Shown piece by piece: positions 1-9,760 of a DNA stretch of 64,000 nucleotides. A model generated the notes under the pieces. It was not told the DNA's origin. It ran no database searches and saw nothing but the letters and a program-made list of their open reading frames with translations. The stretch covers positions 47,108-111,107 of the forward strand of contig CAMKAT010000001.1 in the NCBI GenBank assembly GCA_946410555.1, given 5' to 3'. The position numbers were made by a program, and so were the translations under genes. Position 1 is the stretch's first letter. The number at the start of each line of letters is the position of its first letter. Origin of the DNA: an uncultured Bacillales bacterium (GTDB taxonomy: Bacteria; Bacillota_I; Bacilli_A; RF39; UBA660).

Positions 1-132
1 ACATATACAATTAAAAAATTAAGTAAAGATGAAAAGAAAGAGTTAGAAAGTTTACTTATTAAACCAACTGCATTTATTTATCTTGCTTCTTTCCAAGAAG
101 GTTTTGTTCTTGATAGTACAGCCTTAACATTT

Positions 133-1860
133 ATGATGTCAAATGAAGTAGATAGAACACTTGCTGAATTCTATTCATCATTAGATAATCTTGGAGATAC
201 AATGTTAAAACAATATGCTATCCAAGGTATCCAAGATGAATACAAGAATGTGGGAATTAACTTAGATGAATATCAAATGAGTTATTTATTTAAAGTCGGA
301 GGTTTAATGCTTCTTCTTACAGTCTTTGTAGCCATAATAATTATTATTAATTCATTTATATCAGCACGTGTTGCAGCTTCCTTTGGTTATGACTTAAGGG
401 AAGAAATGGTAAGAAAGATTACATATTTCACTAATGAAGATGTTAATAAATTTAATACATCAAGTTTAATTACTAGATGCACTAATGATATAAGTCAAAT
501 ACAAATGGCTTTAACATTATTTTTAAGACTTGTTTTATTTGCTCCAATCATGGGTATTGGTGCAGTTATTAAGTTGATGGGTAATAAGGCAGGAATGACT
601 TGGGTTATCGCAGCTGCTATCGGAGCAATAGTTCTTTTAGTAATGATTCTTTTATTTGTTGCACTTCCTAAGTTTAGAATGATTCAAAAGTTAATTGATA
701 GAATTAACCAAATAGTTAGGGAACAACTTAATGGTATCCCAGTAGTAAGAGCATTCTCAAATGAAGAATTAGAAACAGATAGATTCAATTCAGCAAATGA
801 TGATCTTATGAAAGTAAATCTATTCACTAATAAAATCATGGCTTGGTTATCACCAGCAATGACAATTATTATGAATGGAACTATGATACTTGTTTATTGG
901 GTAGCATTATCTAAGATTGATAATGGTACACTTCAAGTTGGTACACTTACAGCATTCTTAACTTATACAATGCATATCATTATGTCATTCATGATGTTAA
1001 GTATGTTATCAATCATGGGACCACGTGCTATGATTTCTCTAAATCGTATTAATGAGGTATTAAATACTGCTTCTAAGATGAAAGAAGTAAAAGTACCTGC
1101 TGATTATTCGAAATCAAAAAGAGGACTTGTAGAATTTAAAAATGTTTCGTTTAAATTCCCAGATGGTAGTGACTACGTACTTAAAGATATTACATTTACT
1201 GTTAAGAAGGGAACAACAACTGCAATCATCGGTGCAACTGGTTCTGGTAAGTCTGCACTTGTAAAATTAATTCCTAGATTATTTGATATAAGTAAAGGTG
1301 AAATCTTAGTTAATGGTGTTGATGTTAAAAAGACAAAACTAAAAGACTTAAGAGATTTAATTTCATATGTACCACAAAAAGGATATCTATTTAGTGGAAC
1401 AGTTGAATCAAATATTAAACTTAATAATCCACACTTAAGTGATGAAGAAATGGTTAAAGCAGCTGAAGTTGCATGCGCTAAAGATTTTATTGAAGAAAAA
1501 CGTAAAAAGTATAAATTTGAAATAGCTCAAGGTGGTAATAATGTCTCTGGTGGACAAAGACAAAGATTATGTATTGCACGTGCTATTGCAAAGAATGCTG
1601 ATATCTTAATTCTAGATGATTCACTATCAGCATTAGATTATAAAACTGATTCTTTAGTAAGAAAGAATTTAAATAAAAAACTTAAAGATGTAACAAAGAT
1701 TATAGTTGCTCAAAGAGTAGCTACAGTTATGAATGCAGATCAAATAATTGTTTTAGATAATGGAAAAATCGTTGGTAAAGGAACTCATAAAGATTTACTT
1801 AAGAAGTGTCCTATATATAAACAAATTGCATTATCGCAATTAAGAGAGGAGGAACTATAA
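133..1860 (+). CDS. ABC exporter, fused permease + ATP-binding subunit (first of a heterodimeric pair). The reading frame is open back to window position 1, so the true start may lie upstream of the window.
   Basis: N-terminal TM helices; Walker A GATGSGKS, ABC signature VSGGQRQR, Walker B ILILDD; stop overlaps the next start (TAATGG). Confidence 0.85.
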   Translation: MMSNEVDRTLAEFYSSLDNLGDTMLKQYAIQGIQDEYKNVGINLDEYQMSYLFKVGGLMLLLTVFVAIIIIINSFISARVAASFGYDLREEMVRKITYFTNEDVNKFNTSSLITRCTNDISQIQMALTLFLRLVLFAPIMGIGAVIKLMGNKAGMTWVIAAAIGAIVLLVMILLFVALPKFRMIQKLIDRINQIVREQLNGIPVVRAFSNEELETDRFNSANDDLMKVNLFTNKIMAWLSPAMTIIMNGTMILVYWVALSKIDNGTLQVGTLTAFLTYTMHIIMSFMMLSMLSIMGPRAMISLNRINEVLNTASKMKEVKVPADYSKSKRGLVEFKNVSFKFPDGSDYVLKDITFTVKKGTTTAIIGATGSGKSALVKLIPRLFDISKGEILVNGVDVKKTKLKDLRDLISYVPQKGYLFSGTVESNIKLNNPHLSDEEMVKAAEVACAKDFIEEKRKKYKFEIAQGGNNVSGGQRQRLCIARAIAKNADILILDDSLSALDYKTDSLVRKNLNKKLKDVTKIIVAQRVATVMNADQIIVLDNGKIVGKGTHKDLLKKCPIYKQIALSQLREEEL

Positions 1861-3680
1861 TGGCTAAGGAACAAAATAGACCTCCAAGACACAGAGGACC
1901 TATGGCTCCGGTTGAAAAAGCTAAAGATTTTAATGGAACTATTAAAAATATTTTTAAAAGCTTAGAAAAAGAAAAATATTTTATTCTAGTAGCTTTTATC
2001 TTTTCAATCGTTGCTACAGTATTCTCAATCTATGGACCTAAGATCTTAGGTAATGCTACTCAAGCTATATATGAAGGTGCAATAAAGAAAATAACTAACT
2101 CAGGTTCTATAGATATTGGTAAAGTACATGCAATACTTAAGAGTGCTTTACTTCTATATATTATTAGTGCTTTCTGTACTTATTTTGAAAGTTATTTAAT
2201 GTCTATAGCTACACAAAAGTATACTTATAGATTAAGAAGTATGATGGAAGAAAAACTTCATAAATTACCATTCTCATACTTTGATAAGAATCAAAGGGGA
2301 GAAACTTTATCTATATTTACTAATGATGTAGATAACTTACAAATATGTTTCAATCAAGCATTAACTCAAGCTATTACAAGTGTAACAACAGTTATTGGTA
2401 TTTTAGTTATGATGATATCAATTAATATCCAAATGACTATCGTTGCATTATTAATACTTCCATTAAGTATGATCTTTATGATTACTATAGTTAAAAAGAG
2501 TCAAAAGTACTTTAGTTTAAATCAAACTAACTTAGGACATGTAAATGGATCTATCGAAGAAATGTTCTCAGGACATAACATAGTTAAAACATTTAATGCT
2601 GAAGAACGTATGTTAAATGATTTTAATAAAAATAATAAAAAACTAAGAGATAGTGGTTGGAAGTCTCAATTCCTTGGAGGACTTATGCATCCAATCATGG
2701 CATCTATTGGTAACCTTGGTTATGTAGGTATCGCTATCGTTGGTGGTTATTATATCATCAAAGGTAGAATTAATGTAGGTGAGTTACAATCATTTATTAC
2801 TTACTCAAAGAACTTTACACAACCAATTTCATCACTAGCACAAGTATTTAATCAAATTCAATCAATGGTGGCATCAAGTGAAAGAATCTTCAATTTCCTA
2901 AATGAAAAAGAAGTTAAAGAAAATAAGAATGCTTATGATATTGATACTATCGAAGGAAATGTTGAATTTAAAAATGTATCATTTGGCTATGATGAATCAA
3001 AAATCATAATTAATAAATTTAGTGCTAAAGTTAAGAGTGGTGAGAAGGTTGCAATCGTTGGACCTACGGGCGCAGGTAAAACAACGATAGTTAAACTATT
3101 AATGCACTTCTATGACATAAATTCAGGAAGCATTCTTATTGATGGTAATGATATTAATGATATAAAAACTTCAAGTTTAAGAAGTAATATTTCTATGGTT
3201 TTACAAGATACATGGTTATTTAATGGAACTATCAGAGATAATCTTAAATATGGATGTCCTGAAGCATCTGATGAAGAAATGATTGAAGCAGCTAAAACTG
3301 CTAATGCACATAACTTCATTATGACTTTACCAGATAAGTATGATACTGTGATGGATGAAGAGTCTTCCAACATATCTCAAGGACAAAAACAACTTCTAAC
3401 TATTGCAAGAGCAATACTCGCTAATAATAGAATAATAATCCTTGATGAAGCTACTTCATCAGTAGATACAAGAACTGAAGAGTTAATCCAAGAATCTATG
3501 GATAATCTTATGAAAGGAAGAACTTCATTTGTAATCGCTCATAGACTTTCTACGATTAGAAATGCCGATTTAATTCTTGTTATGGATAAAGGAGATATTA
3601 TAGAATCAGGAACACATGATGAACTTCTTAAGAAGAAAGGCTTCTATGCAAATTTATATAATTCTCAATTTGATAAATAG
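1860..3680 (+). CDS. ABC exporter, fused permease + ATP-binding subunit (second subunit of the heterodimeric pair)
   Basis: 6-TM N-terminal domain; Walker A GPTGAGKTT, signature ISQGQKQL, Walker B IIILDEATS, H-loop AHRLST. Confidence 0.85.
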   Translation: MAKEQNRPPRHRGPMAPVEKAKDFNGTIKNIFKSLEKEKYFILVAFIFSIVATVFSIYGPKILGNATQAIYEGAIKKITNSGSIDIGKVHAILKSALLLYIISAFCTYFESYLMSIATQKYTYRLRSMMEEKLHKLPFSYFDKNQRGETLSIFTNDVDNLQICFNQALTQAITSVTTVIGILVMMISINIQMTIVALLILPLSMIFMITIVKKSQKYFSLNQTNLGHVNGSIEEMFSGHNIVKTFNAEERMLNDFNKNNKKLRDSGWKSQFLGGLMHPIMASIGNLGYVGIAIVGGYYIIKGRINVGELQSFITYSKNFTQPISSLAQVFNQIQSMVASSERIFNFLNEKEVKENKNAYDIDTIEGNVEFKNVSFGYDESKIIINKFSAKVKSGEKVAIVGPTGAGKTTIVKLLMHFYDINSGSILIDGNDINDIKTSSLRSNISMVLQDTWLFNGTIRDNLKYGCPEASDEEMIEAAKTANAHNFIMTLPDKYDTVMDEESSNISQGQKQLLTIARAILANNRIIILDEATSSVDTRTEELIQESMDNLMKGRTSFVIAHRLSTIRNADLILVMDKGDIIESGTHDELLKKKGFYANLYNSQFDK

Positions 3681-3693
3681 TTAGGAGTATTTT

Positions 3694-4719
3694 ATGAAAA
3701 AAAATCAAAATGAAGAATTAGTAAAAGATTTTATAGGAGTAAAATATAATTATTTTAAAACTAAAAGAATAAACATGTATGCACTTATATTTTCTTATCT
3801 ATATTTAGCATATAGAAAGATGTATTTATATTCATGTTTATCGTTTATATTAATTATTCTAATTAGTGTGATCTTTAAAAATATTGAGTACTCATTAATT
3901 ATTAATATATTTTTATGTTTATTTATAAATAAAATATATTTAAAATATGCAAGAAGACAAGTTACTAAGATAATAAGTAAAAATGATAAAGATTACATAA
4001 GCATAATTAAAAAGAAGGGAAGAACTAGCATTGCATCTTCCATTATTCTACTAAGTATAACATGGATACTTTTAAGCATTATATTTATTACTTACATTTA
4101 TAAAACAAATGCTTCTTATGAAGATAATGTACTTCTTGATTATATCTATGGTAATTCAAAAGTTAATGATACAAGTGGAGAAGTAATAGAGAATGCTTTT
4201 ATATCTTCTCGAGATTGTTTTCTTTATAGATGTCGAGTTAATCTAAATGATGACTTAGATAAAGAATATTCAATAAGAACTGATAATAATCAATTCTTTC
4301 TTAAATTAGATAATTATATTAATGAAATAGATTACAATGCATACTATAAAACTATTAATAAAAAGTATGTGATCACAGGTTATAAAATATTTAACAAAAA
4401 TACTCATGAAGAAATAATTAATGTTTCAAATGAAAATGAATTAAGGGAAAAATTAAACTTATTTAAAAAGGGTATTAATACTTCAACGTTTAAATTATTA
4501 TCAATTAATTCATCTTCAGTTTTCAAAAGACGAAGAGGAATAATTAGTTGTTATGAATTTACTTTACAAGATGAATCAAATAAAACATATTATATGTATT
4601 ATTTAAAGAATAATATTAATGATTATAAATTAAATGAATCATATATTATTAAGTTTAATTTAAATATTAATTCAGATGGTGAAGATACATACGAAATATT
4701 AGACATAAAAAAAGAATGA
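3694..4719 (+). CDS. Membrane protein with a DUF2628-like N-terminus (aromatic-rich, LAYRKMYL motif) and a C-terminal domain of unknown function
   Basis: RBS TAGGAG; two to four TM helices; YRKMY motif typical of DUF2628; ends in a bidirectional terminator. Confidence 0.5.
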   Translation: MKKNQNEELVKDFIGVKYNYFKTKRINMYALIFSYLYLAYRKMYLYSCLSFILIILISVIFKNIEYSLIINIFLCLFINKIYLKYARRQVTKIISKNDKDYISIIKKKGRTSIASSIILLSITWILLSIIFITYIYKTNASYEDNVLLDYIYGNSKVNDTSGEVIENAFISSRDCFLYRCRVNLNDDLDKEYSIRTDNNQFFLKLDNYINEIDYNAYYKTINKKYVITGYKIFNKNTHEEIINVSNENELREKLNLFKKGINTSTFKLLSINSSSVFKRRRGIISCYEFTLQDESNKTYYMYYLKNNINDYKLNESYIIKFNLNINSDGEDTYEILDIKKE

Positions 4720-4740
4720 CTTTGTCATTCTTTTATTTTT
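4712..4740. terminator. Bidirectional rho-independent terminator between convergent genes
   Basis: Perfect inverted repeat AAGAATGAC-TTT-GTCATTCTT flanked by T/A runs. Confidence 0.7.
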
Positions 4741-6406
4741 CTACTTCCATAACTACAGGTAAAACCATTGGTCTTCTTCCTGTTAGTTTATTAATATACA
4801 TACTTAATTCTAGAATAATCATATTCTTTAAATCAGTAATATTAGTTTTATTTTTAACAGCATTATTAGTAATCTCAGATACTTTATTTTCAATATCTTG
4901 AATTAATGCTTTATTATCATTAACCATTACAAAACCACGAGTAGTGATATTTGGTTTAATTAATAATTGATGAGTTTTCTTATCTAAGTTAAGAATAGTA
5001 ACTAAGATACCATCTTTACTCATTAATTTTCTATCTTTAAGAACTACTGAACCAACTTCACCAATTCTTGAACCATCTACATATACAGTTGAAGCTTGAA
5101 CTCTTCCTGATTTTTTAACTGTACCATCTTTATGTATTTTAACACAATCACCATTTTCACATAAGAATGAGTGTTCTCTTGGAACATCACATTGTTCTGC
5201 TAAAGTGATATGTTGTTTTAACATTCTATATTCACCATGGATAGGCATAAAGTATTCAGGTTTCAAAAGTCTTAACATCCATTGAAGTTCACCACTTCTT
5301 GCATGTCCTGATGTATGAAGTGATTCATCATCTTCATTAGTATAAACTTTAACTCCTTGTAGGTATAACTTATTAATTACATAATTAACTGATTTAGTAT
5401 TACCTGGGATAGGGTTAGAAGAGAATACTATTACATCATCTGGTAAAAGTTTAACTTGTTTATGAGTACCAGCTGCAATTCTTGATAAAGCTGCAAGTGG
5501 TTCACCTTGAGAACCTGTACAAAGAATAATATATTCATGTTTCTTTAAGTTCTTTGCAGTATTCATATCAATGAATATCGTAGGGTCATTTAAAAGTTCA
5601 TTCTTTAATGCTATTTCTTTAGCATTTTCCATACTTCTACCAAATACAACTATTTTTCTATTATTTTCTTTACAAGTTTCAACGATATGTTTAATACGAT
5701 ATATGTTAGAAGCAAAAGTAGCTAAAATAATTCTACTTGTTTGTTCTTTAGCAAATACATTACCTAAAGCTTGGTCTACAACTGATTCAGATGCAGAAAA
5801 ACCTGGAACTAATGCATTTGTAGATTCACTAAGTAATAGTTTAACTCCTTCATCTCCAAGACGAGCCATCTTATGAATATCAGCCATAGGTCCAATCGGA
5901 GTTAAGTCAAACTTAAAGTCTCCAGTATGAACTATCTTACCAAAAGGTGTATGAATAACAATTGCATAACTATCTGGAATTGAGTGAGTAGTATTAATGA
6001 AATCAACTGACATATATTTAAATTTTAATTCTGTTTCTTTATTATAAGCTTCTATCATATCAGTAGGTTGATTTCTATCTTCTAACTTCTTAACAATTAG
6101 ATCACATGCAATCTTAGGTGCATATATCTTAGGTATTTTAACATTTTGTAAAAGAAATGGTATACCGCCAATATGGTCTTCATGACCATGTGTAATAATT
6201 AAAGCTTTTATCTTATCTTCATTATTTTTAATATGAGTAAAATCTTGAATTACATAATCGATACCTAATAAATCATCTTCTGGAAACATAACTCCACAAT
6301 CGATTATAATTATTTCATCTTTATACTCAATACAATACATATTTTTTCCGACTTCGCCTAATCCCCCAAGGGCATAAACGGCAACAACGTCGTCTTGTGT
6401 TTTCAT
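4733..6406 (-). CDS. rnj: Ribonuclease J (metallo-beta-lactamase/beta-CASP RNase)
   Basis: Canonical HGHEDHIGG motif, beta-CASP and C-terminal domains, 557 aa; RBS AAGGAGG upstream on the minus strand. Confidence 0.9.
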   Translation of the reverse strand: MKTQDDVVAVYALGGLGEVGKNMYCIEYKDEIIIIDCGVMFPEDDLLGIDYVIQDFTHIKNNEDKIKALIITHGHEDHIGGIPFLLQNVKIPKIYAPKIACDLIVKKLEDRNQPTDMIEAYNKETELKFKYMSVDFINTTHSIPDSYAIVIHTPFGKIVHTGDFKFDLTPIGPMADIHKMARLGDEGVKLLLSESTNALVPGFSASESVVDQALGNVFAKEQTSRIILATFASNIYRIKHIVETCKENNRKIVVFGRSMENAKEIALKNELLNDPTIFIDMNTAKNLKKHEYIILCTGSQGEPLAALSRIAAGTHKQVKLLPDDVIVFSSNPIPGNTKSVNYVINKLYLQGVKVYTNEDDESLHTSGHARSGELQWMLRLLKPEYFMPIHGEYRMLKQHITLAEQCDVPREHSFLCENGDCVKIHKDGTVKKSGRVQASTVYVDGSRIGEVGSVVLKDRKLMSKDGILVTILNLDKKTHQLLIKPNITTRGFVMVNDNKALIQDIENKVSEITNNAVKNKTNITDLKNMIILELSMYINKLTGRRPMVLPVVMEVEK

Positions 6407-6539
6407 AAATTCCTCCTTAAAAATAAAAATTATAGAAGCTCATTTGATATATCAATAATACTACAAAAAGGTATTTTTGTCCAATATTTAGAGTATTCTT
6501 TTTGCAATTAAATAAATACTTTACTATAATTATATATAG

Positions 6540-7790
6540 GTGAATAGAATGAAGAAAAGACCAATGTTATTATTAGTACTTATTATAATAGTACTTCTTA
6601 TATATATAATAAATCCTAAAGAAATAAGTGTATTTAATAAGAGGAGTTCTACATCAGATATAACTGATACAGTATCTATAAACTCCAAGAAGTTAAAGGT
6701 AACTTATTACAAAGGAAACTTAATTGATGAGAAAATTCAATATGGAAATACATTTGATAAAGTATTAAGAATAGAAAATGTAAGTGATGCACAAGTATCT
6801 TATTCAATAAACTTCTCAGATTCAGAAATTAATAATGAAAAGTTAGTATATTACATGTATTATTCTGAAGACAATTCATCATTTAAAGAACTTCAAAGAG
6901 AAAGAAGTATAACAAGAGATTATACATTAAAATATAATCTTGGATTAGAATCAGGAAAAGTAATATATATTAAAATTACATTTAAAGCTTTAGATGATGA
7001 AACTGATACTATTCTAAAGGGTAGACTTTCAATCAAAGAAAATCTAACTAAAAAAGATATTTTTATTAATGATGTAATAAGTGTTAATAATAAAATTAAT
7101 GAACGCTTTGATGAAATAAACGGAGTATCTACCCCAGGAATATTTAAAGTAAATGTTAAGTCATTAGGAATAACTGATTTATCTATTGATGGCTATGTAG
7201 TTATTGATGCAACATTCATAGCTAATATAGATTATTACTTCTATATATATAGTGATTCATATATGTTAGATGAATATAAATATGAACCATCATTTAATAA
7301 ATCAAATATTAAAGATATAGATCCTGGAATTACATCAACATTCACTGAAGATAATGTATGTTCTCTATATTCACGAAATGGTTGTTCAAACTTCTTAGAC
7401 TTAGGAATTAATACAGGTAACTCTAAGAAATCATTTAAAGAAAATGTTGAAAAAGTAATAGATTTAGTTAAAGATTCTTTTGATACTTCAAGAAGAAGTA
7501 TTGTAGTAGTTAATGTAGAAAGTGATATTCAAAATCCAACTGATGTCAGAGGATTCATCCTTATTGATAATAGGGAAGGAAAGGCTGAATATTACCTATA
7601 TCTAACAGATAATTACTTTATGATCTCAGGATATAATATAACTAAACTTGGAGCAATTCTTACAAGTAATCCAACTATAAAAACGTTTGTAATAGATTCC
7701 TATAATTTATCTAGTGAATCAGCGCAAACAGTATGTTCATTCACAGGACTTGGAGAATGTGAAGATTATTCAGGAAATAGTTTAAACTAA
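6540..7790 (+). CDS. Hypothetical secreted or membrane-anchored protein (N-terminal signal anchor, beta-rich extracellular region)
   Basis: Hydrophobic N-terminus LLLVLIIIVLLIYIIN; no recognisable catalytic motifs. Confidence 0.4.
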   Translation: MNRMKKRPMLLLVLIIIVLLIYIINPKEISVFNKRSSTSDITDTVSINSKKLKVTYYKGNLIDEKIQYGNTFDKVLRIENVSDAQVSYSINFSDSEINNEKLVYYMYYSEDNSSFKELQRERSITRDYTLKYNLGLESGKVIYIKITFKALDDETDTILKGRLSIKENLTKKDIFINDVISVNNKINERFDEINGVSTPGIFKVNVKSLGITDLSIDGYVVIDATFIANIDYYFYIYSDSYMLDEYKYEPSFNKSNIKDIDPGITSTFTEDNVCSLYSRNGCSNFLDLGINTGNSKKSFKENVEKVIDLVKDSFDTSRRSIVVVNVESDIQNPTDVRGFILIDNREGKAEYYLYLTDNYFMISGYNITKLGAILTSNPTIKTFVIDSYNLSSESAQTVCSFTGLGECEDYSGNSLN

Positions 7791-7842
7791 ACTTTATAAT
7801 AAAAATAATTAATGATATAATACCAATAAGGATAGTGATAAT

Positions 7843-8370
7843 ATGGAATTTGATAATTTAACTAAAAAATTATACAAAGAAAATATTAATTGGATTTATT
7901 CTATTATCAAAGATTTAGACAGTAAGGGTATAGAAAATAAAGAAAAATATACTAATGATCCTTACAATCTAAATAATATGATAGTTTTAGGTTATTATTT
8001 TATGAATCTTCATATTATCTCTGAATATGAAGACTTAGATAGTGATACTAAGAATGCAATATTAACAAGTGTAATAAATGGAGCAAGTTCATATAACCAA
8101 AGTGAACTTTCTCGTATTTATAAGAAACCACTTGATTTAAATAGAATAGTAGAAGACTATAACTCTATAGTTAGAAAAACAAAATTATATTCTAAAGAAG
8201 ATAGTGTAAAAGCAAGAATTGTTGCAATTGATGATGTATATCGTAGAATATATGACACTGTAAATAAAAAACATTTAATGGTATTCACTAGGATATTTAT
8301 GGCATCCTTCCATGAATATGAAGAAAGAATTGATAAAATACTTAAAGATTATTTGAAAGAGGAGAAATAA
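7843..8370 (+). CDS. Hypothetical cytoplasmic alpha-helical protein
   Basis: ORF with AT-rich codon usage; stop overlaps the next start (TAATGG). Confidence 0.4.
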   Translation: MEFDNLTKKLYKENINWIYSIIKDLDSKGIENKEKYTNDPYNLNNMIVLGYYFMNLHIISEYEDLDSDTKNAILTSVINGASSYNQSELSRIYKKPLDLNRIVEDYNSIVRKTKLYSKEDSVKARIVAIDDVYRRIYDTVNKKHLMVFTRIFMASFHEYEERIDKILKDYLKEEK

Positions 8371-8825
8371 TGGTATCAGAAGATAAAGTAAGACAAATAA
8401 TTAGCTCATTAAAAGAAACAAGTGTTTATTCTTTTGATTTAGAACAATTTAAACAATTATTAACTCTTTTAAATAAATTAGAGTTAGCTTTATTTAAAGA
8501 AACATTAATTAAAGATGGAGAAACAACTATACTTTCTCAATATGAACTAATCGAAGAAGAAGTATATGATAATATAGATAGAAAAATAGAAATACTTGAA
8601 AATGGTGAAATGATTAATATGTTTAAAGCATCATTACTTACTAATAAGTATTTAGATTATATGAAACATCTAAACATAAATGATTTAACTAATCTAAAGT
8701 TCTATGTATCTAATAAAGTTAATGTGGATAATAAAGATAATTTAAGTGGTTCTATTAAATTACTTAGAATAATATCTAGACTTCTTAAAGAAAAAGAAAC
8801 TCATAAATTAAATTTTAATGAATAG
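8370..8825 (+). CDS. Hypothetical protein, translationally coupled to the upstream ORF
   Basis: ATG overlaps the upstream stop; followed by the terminator AATAGAtaagTCTATT plus T-run. Confidence 0.4.
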   Translation: MVSEDKVRQIISSLKETSVYSFDLEQFKQLLTLLNKLELALFKETLIKDGETTILSQYELIEEEVYDNIDRKIEILENGEMINMFKASLLTNKYLDYMKHLNINDLTNLKFYVSNKVNVDNKDNLSGSIKLLRIISRLLKEKETHKLNFNE

Positions 8826-8855
8826 ATAAGTCTATTCATTTTTTTTATATATTTA

Positions 8856-8890
8856 GACACAAAAAAATACTTGAGATAAACTCAAGTATT
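8856..8890 (-). terminator. Terminator of rpsD
   Basis: Hairpin ATACTTGAG-ATAAA-CTCAAGTAT, followed by a T-run on the minus strand. Confidence 0.6.
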
Positions 8891-8893
8891 TTA

Positions 8894-9496
8894 TTATCTG
8901 TTGTAGTATTCAACGATTAGTGATTCGTTAATATCAGCAGAAAGTTCTGATCTTTCAGGATATCTAACAAATTTACCAGTCATCTTCTTAGCATCAAATT
9001 CAACGAATGGAGCAACAGTAGTGTTAGCTTCAATTGCGTTTTTGATTACTGGATGTTCAAGAGATCTTTCTTTAACAGTAATGATATCTCCTGGTTTAAC
9101 TTCGTATGAAGGAATATCTACTTTAGAACCATTAACTAGGATATGTCCATGGTTAACGATTTGTCTAGCAGCTCTTCTAGTTGGAGCCATTCCCATTCTA
9201 TATACTACGTTATCTAATCTAGCTTCAAGTAATCTTAAGAAGTTTTCACCATGTACACCTTTAAGTTTAGCAGCTTTAAGGAATAATCTCTTAAATTGTT
9301 TTTCATTTAAACCATACATGAATCTAACTTTTTGTTTTTCATTTAATTGGATACCATATTCAGAAACTTTTCCTCTTCTTCCAGTACCATGTTGTCCTGG
9401 AGCATATGGTCTCTTAGCTAAATCTTTACCATTTTCTAATGTAGAAAATCCGTATCTTCTAGATTTTTTATAAGCTGGTCCTGTATATCTTGCCAT
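8894..9496 (-). CDS. rpsD: 30S ribosomal protein S4
   Basis: [17 protein letters not shown]-terminus, S4 RNA-binding domain, 200 aa. Confidence 0.95.
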   Translation of the reverse strand: MARYTGPAYKKSRRYGFSTLENGKDLAKRPYAPGQHGTGRRGKVSEYGIQLNEKQKVRFMYGLNEKQFKRLFLKAAKLKGVHGENFLRLLEARLDNVVYRMGMAPTRRAARQIVNHGHILVNGSKVDIPSYEVKPGDIITVKERSLEHPVIKNAIEANTTVAPFVEFDAKKMTGKFVRYPERSELSADINESLIVEYYNR

Positions 9497-9700
9497 TTAT
9501 AAATTCTCCTTTCTATATATTTCATAGTAAGGAAGTTTATCTTTCTACTAGGGTGTTTAATAATCTTTCCCTTAAGGCAGTCTTAAGTTACTAGAGTTGT
9601 TTCAATTAAACACATTAATAGTTAGAAAAAACCACTGCCATAACTACGCAATTAGTAATATACAAGAATTTAGTACATTTGTCAAGGAATTAAGTACTTT
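9497..9700 (-). promoter_or_regulatory. Long structured 5' leader of rpsD, a probable S4 autoregulatory site
   Basis: About 200 nt untranslated GC-enriched region upstream of rpsD. S4 autoregulation through the leader is established in Bacillus. The structure was not computed. Confidence 0.35.
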
Positions 9701-9760
9701 AGAATAGAATTAACTTTATTATTATGATAGAATTATTTTAAGAATAGGGTGATGTGTGAT

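Noticed and set aside
3110-3373. Antisense and overlapping ORFs from the six-frame track (3110..3373-, 4716..4901+, 5571..5876+, 9021..9473+, 12238..12426-, 15400..15783-, 15758..16009-, 16804..17330-, 21112..21438-, 22230..22427-, 24531..24815-, 25950..26246-, 26175..26363+, 28897..29100+, 30130..30354+, 30939..31169-, 31745..32207-, 38123..38521-, 38732..39019-, 39448..39831-, 40544..40978-, 41429..41617-, 42149..42412-, 45901..46107+, 46810..47001+, 50867..51052-, 51329..51811-)
   Set aside because: Each lies wholly inside, or opposite, a longer ORF with clear conserved motifs. They have low-complexity composition typical of antisense frames in AT-rich DNA and no RBS.
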